From Nitrososphaerota archaeon (GTDB taxonomy: Archaea; Thermoproteota; Nitrososphaeria; Nitrososphaerales; JACQRY01), in contig JACPCU010000021.1 of NCBI GenBank assembly GCA_016184315.1, forward strand, positions 10,050-74,049: a stretch of 64,000 bases of DNA. The letters run 5' to 3'. The notes under the pieces are model-generated. The model saw only the letters and a program-made list of their open reading frames with translations, searched no databases and had not been told where the DNA came from. Each line of letters starts with the position of its first letter. Within the stretch, counting starts at the first letter, position 1. Position numbers and translations under genes: made by a program. Shown here in pieces: positions 17,990-23,930 of this stretch.

Positions 17990-18959
17990 TTGAAACTAAT
18001 ACCAGAGTCTTCACATGCCTTGGCTTACATAATTCAGGAGAGGGATGTCAACGTCGTCAGCAAATACTTCTATGCTAACGGTTTGATGATTGCTAGGGTT
18101 AATCCTTTCGCTACGACGTACTTCCATCAGGACTCATTGGGCTCAACGAGGCTGACGACTAGCGCATCTAAGCTCCAGTTATTCGCTTCCAACTACAAGC
18201 CTTTTGGGCCAGTGTATAACCAGTCGGGAACGGAGAAGGTGAAGTATACGGGGAAATGGGAGGACTCAGCAACCAAACTATACTACTTCGGGGCTAGATA
18301 CTACGACCCTGAGATAGGGAGGTTCACCACGCAGGATCCCGTGCTGGGAACATCTGACGATCCGCAGACGCTGAACCGTTACCCGTATGCTAAGAATAAT
18401 CCGTTGAAGTATGTTGATCCTGATGGCAGGTTCATAGACACTATCTTCGATGCCTTTGGTATCCTCAATTCCTTTCATACCGACCTTCGGAGTTATCAGG
18501 AAGACTGTTCGTCATATTGACGATGCAATCCGCGGCGTTAGGAAGGTAGATCTCGACGATCTTACTGCGGCGACTAAGAAGATAGGCGGGTTGATGGATG
18601 ATACGCTAAGTCACCGAGGACATTTTGAAGACATGAAAGCGAACGGGCTTGTCGAGGCTCAGACCTTTGAGGCTTTTCAGCAAGAGGCTAAAGATTTTGT
18701 TCATAAGGGTGTGACTGCAGCCAAGAGTGGTGATAGCAACTATAAGATCTATGCCCAGAACGACGGAGCCTATGCAATCGTTGACACTAAGAGGCAGATA
18801 TTTGCTATCTATGATCCCGAACAGGACAAGGTTAGGACATTCTTCTCACCCCTACAAGGTGATGCCGAACATCGTTCGATAACGATGCAACAATACATCG
18901 AAATGAAGCTGGAAGCTGGACGGCAAGGAAAAACAGAAGGCTGGAGGCCCACTGGTTAA
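17990..18959 (+). pseudogene. Orphan Rhs C-terminal module 2: Rhs core end with a canonical DPxG tip and an unassigned toxin-like domain, split by a +1 frame shift near 18465-18480
   Basis: ORF 17990..18520 has YYFGARYYDPEIGRFTTQDP...YAKNNPLKYVDPDGRFIDTIFDAFGILNS and then stops. ORF 18450..18959 in the next frame continues sensibly (IPFIPTFGVIRKTVRHIDDAIRG...SHRGHFEDM...YKIYAQNDGAYAIVDTKRQIFAIYDPEQDKVRTFFSP). Skipping one nt near 18471 joins them into about 320 aa. Confidence 0.65.
18065..18340 (+). repeat. Rhs core-end block, copy 2 (paralogous to 16538..16807)
   Basis: See 16538..16807. Roughly four-fifths nt identity by eye, with near-identical stretches (gagaaggtgaagta[c/t]acggggaaatgggaggactca). 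Confidence 0.9.
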
Positions 18960-19661
18960 ATGGCTGTCAGAAAGAATCTTCTTGAGCATGACCCTTACTT
19001 TGACTCACTAATACGTCGTAAGTCGGAAGGCGTGATAGAAGCCCTAGGGAGAGTCGAAAAGGGTCTAAAGGAAGATCGGAATTCAAGAGACTTTCCTTGG
19101 GATGAACCATTTAGTTTCTTGGGCATGCTTGTCTACGATCTGGAAGAGGCGGAGGAGAACGGATACGATATCTCCCCCTATGAGCGAATTAGAGTGGAAT
19201 GCGTTGAAAATGTGAAGGCGTTCTGCCAAAAATGGGGAAAGAAATACCTTGATAAGGTTAGGGATTTCATGAAATTCTGGTATGCGGATTCATATGCAGT
19301 GTGGATCAGGAAATTAGAGGAGATGATTAAGAGCGGAGAGCTCGTCAAAGAATCCCCTATACATATGAAGATTTCATGCTTCGAATCTCGCGTGATAAAA
19401 GCTTACGGGCTTGCGGGGCTAAGAGCTGTATCAATAGCAAAAGAAATAGACATGCACGAAATTGAGCGTATAGTAGCTGAGTGTGATGAACGCTTTCGAA
19501 AATTACTTCCTGCGATAGCCAAGACCTACGCCAATGTTCCTAACCTATTCAAGGGAAATTCCCCTAGGACTTGGTGGTGGCACCATGAAGCGCGCCGCCT
19601 GCATGAGATGTATAGAGCCCAGTTGTCACCTGGAACCCCTGACAGAGATTACTACACATAA
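18960..19661 (+). CDS. Hypothetical helical cytoplasmic protein; candidate immunity protein for Rhs module 2
   Basis: 233 aa. Its ATG directly follows the stop of the toxin-domain ORF (18957-18959). W/K/E-rich helical sequence (WGKKYLDKVRDFMKFWYADSYAVWIRKLEEMIKSGE) with no TM segment or signal. No family recognised; the role is inferred from position. Confidence 0.5.
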   Translation: MAVRKNLLEHDPYFDSLIRRKSEGVIEALGRVEKGLKEDRNSRDFPWDEPFSFLGMLVYDLEEAEENGYDISPYERIRVECVENVKAFCQKWGKKYLDKVRDFMKFWYADSYAVWIRKLEEMIKSGELVKESPIHMKISCFESRVIKAYGLAGLRAVSIAKEIDMHEIERIVAECDERFRKLLPAIAKTYANVPNLFKGNSPRTWWWHHEARRLHEMYRAQLSPGTPDRDYYT

Positions 19662-21435
19662 AGATGATCTAACGGATCAGACCTACGATAAGGCTGGGAA
19701 TCTTCTTACAGTTAAGGATGCTAAGGGCCAGTTGACGAGGTTCTACTATGATGACTTGAATAGGAATATCAAGACCACGTTTCCGGACAACAAGAATCAG
19801 ACTGGGTTCTACGATGTGTTGGGGAATGTGGTGGGTGTGAAGGATTCTAATGGTAACTCTACGAGCTTTGCGTATGATGAGGGGGGTAGGCTGTTCTATG
19901 CTGGGAGCGGCGCGGGGAGGGATAATCTTGTCGCTTGGTGGCTCTTTGACGAAGGCTTGGGCGGCTCTGTTAGGGATAGTAGTGATAACAAGAATTCGGG
20001 GGTCTTGGTGAACGGCCCCGTGTGGGTTGAGGGGAAGCAGGGTAGGGCCTTGAGTTTTGATGGGGTGGATGATTCCGCGGACTTTGGGGATAAGGCTGGT
20101 TTCCGTTTCGGGGGCGGGAGCTTCAGTTTGAGCGCGTGGGTGAAGACTTCGTCGGCCTCTAATCAGGGTATTATTGACAAGAAGTTCGGCTTCGGCGCCG
20201 GGGTGGCTGGTTACTCGCTTTTCGTGAATACGAACGGTAATCTGCGTTACCAGATTTCGGATGGGGCGAGTCAGAATGATAATAATGCTGGTGTGGTGAG
20301 GGATGGGAACTGGCATCATGTGGCGATGGTGAGGAATGCGTCTAGCTCTAGGGTCAATCTGTATGTTGATGGTGTGCAGGTGTTAAGTGACTCTACTACT
20401 GTAGGCAATTTGGACAATGCTCAAAGCCTGTACGTTGGCTACGGTGCCGGTGGGGGAAACTTTTTCCCTGGGTCAATCGATGATGTTAAGGTGTTTTCGA
20501 GGGCTTTGGGTGCGGCGGAGGTTTTGGCTGAGTATCGTTCCCAAGGCGTGTCAGTCATCTATGATAAGATGAGTAACAGGGTGTCTATGAGCGACTCCGC
20601 TTCCGCTGCCACGTATGGTTATGATGCTTTGAACAGGCTGCTCAGCGAAGCCAAGACTGTTGACGGTTCACAGTACACTACATCCTTTACCTATGATGCT
20701 GGGAGCCGTGTGACGAAACTGACTTATCCTGATGCTTACCAGTTGAGCTACCAGTATGATGATTTGGATAGGGTGAAGAGCCTCGGGGGCTTTGCTAACT
20801 TCACTTACACGAAGGACAATAAGGTTAAGACGATTACTTATGGTAATGGTATTCAGACGACGTATACCTATGATTTGAGGAGCAGAGCAACGAGAATACT
20901 TGTCCAGGACGGTTCAACCACTAAGCTGGATTTGAACTATGCTTACAAAGGTAACGGGGATGTAGAAAGCATTGATGATGGGTATGCTCCTACAGATGAG
21001 ACCTACAGCTACGATGGCTTGGACAGGTTGACCTCTTCCACTGGGCCTTGGGGCACCATAAGCTACACTTATGATCAAGTAGGGAACAGGTTGACCAAGA
21101 CTGAGGGCTCCACGACAAGTTACACCTATGGAACATACAATAGGCTTACCCAAGCAGGCTCAACCAACTACACATACGATAATAACGGCAACATGATTAC
21201 GAAGAACGATGGCACAGACTCATGGACATACACCTACGATTACAACAACATGATGACCAAAGCAGTCAAGAACAGCGTTACTCAAGGACAATACTTCTAC
21301 GACTGTGATAATAGACGCGTCAAGACTATTGAGTCTGGGAGCACGACGATATTATGGTTACACTCAAAAAGTAGCTGGTGGATCCTAAGGTTCGTCCGTG
21401 ATGGCTACTGTACCATTTCTCTTATCGTAGATTAG
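19534..21435 (+). CDS. Rhs/YD-repeat core fragment with an embedded LamG/concanavalin-A-like lectin domain; lacks an N-terminal secretion region and the Rhs core end/toxin tip
   Basis: 633-aa ORF. Recognisable YD repeats begin at 19663, 2 nt after the stop of the previous gene (DDLTDQTYDKAGNLLTVKDAKGQLTRFYYDDLNRN). The LamG_3-like block is about 19921-20548 (LVAWWLFDEG...GRALSFDGVDD...FSLSAWVK...WHHVAMV...LYVDGV...IDDVKVFSRAL). More YD repeats follow. Homology to copy A ends near 21350 and the last ~28 codons are out-of-context sequence. Confidence 0.8.
   Translation: MFLTYSREIPLGLGGGTMKRAACMRCIEPSCHLEPLTEITTHKDDLTDQTYDKAGNLLTVKDAKGQLTRFYYDDLNRNIKTTFPDNKNQTGFYDVLGNVVGVKDSNGNSTSFAYDEGGRLFYAGSGAGRDNLVAWWLFDEGLGGSVRDSSDNKNSGVLVNGPVWVEGKQGRALSFDGVDDSADFGDKAGFRFGGGSFSLSAWVKTSSASNQGIIDKKFGFGAGVAGYSLFVNTNGNLRYQISDGASQNDNNAGVVRDGNWHHVAMVRNASSSRVNLYVDGVQVLSDSTTVGNLDNAQSLYVGYGAGGGNFFPGSIDDVKVFSRALGAAEVLAEYRSQGVSVIYDKMSNRVSMSDSASAATYGYDALNRLLSEAKTVDGSQYTTSFTYDAGSRVTKLTYPDAYQLSYQYDDLDRVKSLGGFANFTYTKDNKVKTITYGNGIQTTYTYDLRSRATRILVQDGSTTKLDLNYAYKGNGDVESIDDGYAPTDETYSYDGLDRLTSSTGPWGTISYTYDQVGNRLTKTEGSTTSYTYGTYNRLTQAGSTNYTYDNNGNMITKNDGTDSWTYTYDYNNMMTKAVKNSVTQGQYFYDCDNRRVKTIESGSTTILWLHSKSSWWILRFVRDGYCTISLIVD
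21031..21350 (+). repeat. YD-repeat block, copy B (within the core fragment)
   Basis: See 16151..16462. Confidence 0.9.
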
Positions 21436-21822
21436 GCGAAGCTTGTTCAGAATATCTCTTCCAAGGACACTTGGAATCCTCAGTATGTTCTCATCAATCT
21501 TATCGTGTCTCACTACTAACAGCTCTGTAAGTGACTCTCTATGCTCAGCCCCCTCATCGGTTCTGAAGTAGAGCTCCGCATCCCTTGCAACAAATGTTCC
21601 CACAACACCTCCTAAGCCTAGTAGGGGCTGTTTCGATTCCCCGAGCCTAGCGTATGAAATGCCCATCGATAAAACGTCCTTATCCAGAATGGCGGTCTTT
21701 GTGGCGCCGGTATCGATCAGTAACTCTATGCTCTGCCTTATGTTGAGCTTAGGCACCGCGACTACAGCAGTAAGATAGGCTCCTTCTAAGGGCCCGGCTC
21801 TAAAGTAGCCTTTCAGACGCAC
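21385..21822 (-). CDS. Retropepsin-like (clan AA) aspartic protease, small single-domain prokaryotic type
   Basis: 145 aa with a GTG start at 21822. Catalytic signature LIDTGATKTAIL (D-T-G-A) and later SVLGRDILNKL (flap/dimer-interface-like). Resembles the archaeal AF_0612-type clan AA proteases (family name from memory). Confidence 0.75.
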   Translation of the reverse strand: MRLKGYFRAGPLEGAYLTAVVAVPKLNIRQSIELLIDTGATKTAILDKDVLSMGISYARLGESKQPLLGLGGVVGTFVARDAELYFRTDEGAEHRESLTELLVVRHDKIDENILRIPSVLGRDILNKLRLIYDKRNGTVAITDEP

Positions 21823-22083
21823 CTATACCACAAGAACCATATTAATCGGTTTCTTGGTCACGTATTCTATCGCTACCTCTGAGTATCTCCCAGCCAGTTT
21901 CTTTCTCAACCGTGCCGCGAGCCTCTTCAGGTCCCCGTCGTAGTCGATCACGCTTTTGTCGAGAACAGCTACCCATTTGTCGTCGTATCTTTTGGTCAGC
22001 TGTTTGTAGCTTAAATTAAGCCACTTTCGGTTCTCCTCCGCTCTAGAAATAAGTTCAGCGATGGACATAGTACCCTGACTCAA
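21823..22083 (-). CDS. Small DUF5678-like protein, translationally coupled to the aspartic protease
   Basis: 86 aa. Its stop TAG (21825-21823) abuts the protease GTG (21822). The pattern W..LSYKQL...Y.DKWVAVLDKSVIDYDGDLKRL resembles small antitoxin-like beta-proteins annotated DUF5678 (family name from memory, unverified). Confidence 0.45.
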   Translation of the reverse strand: MSQGTMSIAELISRAEENRKWLNLSYKQLTKRYDDKWVAVLDKSVIDYDGDLKRLAARLRKKLAGRYSEVAIEYVTKKPINMVLVV

Positions 22084-22124
22084 CTTATTGTAAAGAGCTT
22101 AAATTCTTATCTACCGCATATAGT

Positions 22125-22345
22125 TATGACGGCTTGGATAGACTGATATCTTCGACAGGCACGTGGGGCACCATCAGCCACACTTACGGAACTTACAACA
22201 GGCTTAGGCAGGTTCGACCAACTATACTTACGATAACAATGGGAACATGATCAGCAAGATAGCTGGGGGAGACACTTGAAACTACACCTACAACTACAAC
22301 AACAGGAAGAGCAAAGCTGTGAAGAACAGCGTTACACAAAGAAAA
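22125..22345 (+). pseudogene. Degraded third copy of the YD-repeat block (Rhs fragment C)
   Basis: Reads YDGLDRLISSTGTWGTISHTY-GTYNRL..(frame break)..YTYDNNGNMISKIAGGDT*NYTYNYNN..KAVKNSVTQ. An internal deletion removes the DQVGNRLTK.. segment. There is an indel frame break, and TGG has become TGA at 22277-22279. Confidence 0.75.
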
Positions 22346-22404
22346 CACCTCGTGACCGTGCCGGCTACGCCTTCGAACAGACAACCAATTCTCTATTTAT
22401 AGAG

Positions 22405-22506
22405 AGGTCTCTCTGTCTCCGTCTCTCCCCCCCTCCCTCCCCCCCAACCACACACCGCGAGAAAGACAACCCCACAACACCCAACTACCCACCAAAAGAC
22501 CAACCC
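22405..22506. repeat. Pyrimidine/C-rich low-complexity tract (plus strand) with a C7-T-C3-T-C7 core; G-quadruplex/i-motif-capable
   Basis: 22427-22445 reads ccccccctccctccccccc, which is G7-A-G3-A-G7 on the minus strand. The flanks are CT/CA-rich. It lies between Rhs fragment C and the 3' end of the minus-strand gene that stops at 22507. Confidence 0.7.
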
Positions 22507-22884
22507 CTACTCTTCAGCAGACTTCAACTTATCCTGCAAAGAAACAAGCCTACCACTATCCTCAACCGCAATCCTAGTCTCCACCCTAACATTCAACCCC
22601 AAATTCCTGAAAAGCGACAGAAGCTCTCCACCAGAAACATACTCCTTCAAAGTACCCTCCTTGATCAGAGCCGCAAGCCTCTTCACAATAACCTGAGTCT
22701 CCCTAGGATAGAATGTTTCCGCAGCCTCCAACACCTCCACTCCCCTATCCACCAAATATCCGACAACGATCTCCCTGTCAGTCCTCTCCTTGGTCTTCTC
22801 TTTGGACTGTTCTTGAGCAAGCTTCTTCCTAAGCTGCATCATCTTCTTCCTAGTGATAAGATCGAGTTCTCTGTCGCTCTCCAT
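22507..22884 (-). CDS. PDCD5/TFAR19-like double-stranded DNA-binding protein (COG2118-like)
   Basis: 125 aa. N-terminal ELDLITRKKMMQLRKKLAQEQ and the central helical part (LVDRGVEVLEAAETFYPRETQVIVKRLAALIKEGTLKEYVSGGELLSLFRNL) parallel the MTH1615-type family as I recall it. Confidence 0.55.
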   Translation of the reverse strand: MESDRELDLITRKKMMQLRKKLAQEQSKEKTKERTDREIVVGYLVDRGVEVLEAAETFYPRETQVIVKRLAALIKEGTLKEYVSGGELLSLFRNLGLNVRVETRIAVEDSGRLVSLQDKLKSAEE

Positions 22885-22972
22885 AAAGTAAGAAAAGCTT
22901 CTCCTTAAGGCAGTATTTTAACAGTTTCCACCCCACTCAGGCTTAAATCAATCCATCTAAGCTCTAAACCAT

Positions 22973-23842
22973 GTGCACACTCCGCGAGTTTGGATAGCCA
23001 TCCCAGACAGCATCCTAACCGACACTCCGAGCCTAAGGGAAAAAACCGTCAAGATGGGGACGATCGCAAGAGCAGCAGCCATATTCAAAGTCACGCAAAT
23101 ATACCTCTACCACCATCGCAAACACGCACAACCTCAAGACTCTAATCTAATACACGACATCTTGGAATACCTCAACACACCCCAATACCTACGGAAAACA
23201 CTCTACCCAATGAAAAAAGAATTCGCCTACACAGGACTACTCCCACCCCTCAGAACACCCGCCCACACAGTTCCTACCAAACCCGAAGCCGTCAAAACAG
23301 GAGACTACAGACAAGGCACGCCAGTACCCACCAGCAAAGGACTTCAAATCGACGCAGGGTTACCCCATCTGATGCCATTCCAAGGAAGAGCCAAAAAAGG
23401 GGAAAGAATCACCGTGCGCATAACTTCAACAGCGCCATTTGAATGTGAAATCTCTGATCCTCCACCCACCACATACTGGGGCTACAAAGTAGTCGCAGAA
23501 CCATCTCTCACCGTCCTACTCAACGAAAATAAAGCCGACGCAACCCTACTAACATCAAGAAAAGGACAGAACATCACCCACGTCTGGCCGAAACTAATCC
23601 AAACACTTGCCTCAGCATCAACCCTACTAGTCATATTCGGCTCAACCAAACAAGGCATCTTCGAAATCATGAGTGAGGAAGGCATGGAACCCAGCTCAGT
23701 AAAAGCCATGTCCCTGAATACCTTTCCGCAGCAAGGCACAGCAACAGTCAGAGTAGAAGAAGCCCTCCTAGGATCACTGGCCATACTCAACACCGCTGCC
23801 GAAATCGCCAGACCAAAGACCATCGATGTGCACACCCCATAG
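22973..23842 (+). CDS. SPOUT-superfamily RNA methyltransferase, DUF171/Methyltrn_RNA_3 (COG2106) type
   Basis: 289 aa with a GTG start. The N-terminus VWIAIPDSILTDTPSLREKTVKMGTIARAAAIFKVTQIYLY is characteristic. There is a central inserted OB-like region and a C-terminal knot region (LLVIFGSTKQGIFEI). Confidence 0.7.
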   Translation: MHTPRVWIAIPDSILTDTPSLREKTVKMGTIARAAAIFKVTQIYLYHHRKHAQPQDSNLIHDILEYLNTPQYLRKTLYPMKKEFAYTGLLPPLRTPAHTVPTKPEAVKTGDYRQGTPVPTSKGLQIDAGLPHLMPFQGRAKKGERITVRITSTAPFECEISDPPPTTYWGYKVVAEPSLTVLLNENKADATLLTSRKGQNITHVWPKLIQTLASASTLLVIFGSTKQGIFEIMSEEGMEPSSVKAMSLNTFPQQGTATVRVEEALLGSLAILNTAAEIARPKTIDVHTP

Positions 23843-23930
23843 ATGCCAATAGAAATCATCGGGAAAAGCCTGCCACGATAAGCGAAAACTTGAAGACAAA
23901 GAGTCTACCAAGAAAGAAGCGTCGAGAGAA

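Noticed and set aside
19669-20319. 216-aa minus-strand ORF opposite the YD/LamG region
   Set aside because: It is antisense to a region with strong YD-repeat and LamG motifs on the plus strand. The translation is P/I/R-rich and featureless.
22276-22908. 210-aa plus-strand ORF, P/T/L/Q-rich
   Set aside because: It runs through the C-rich low-complexity tract and antisense to the well-formed PDCD5-like gene (22507..22884). The composition is an artefact, not a protein.
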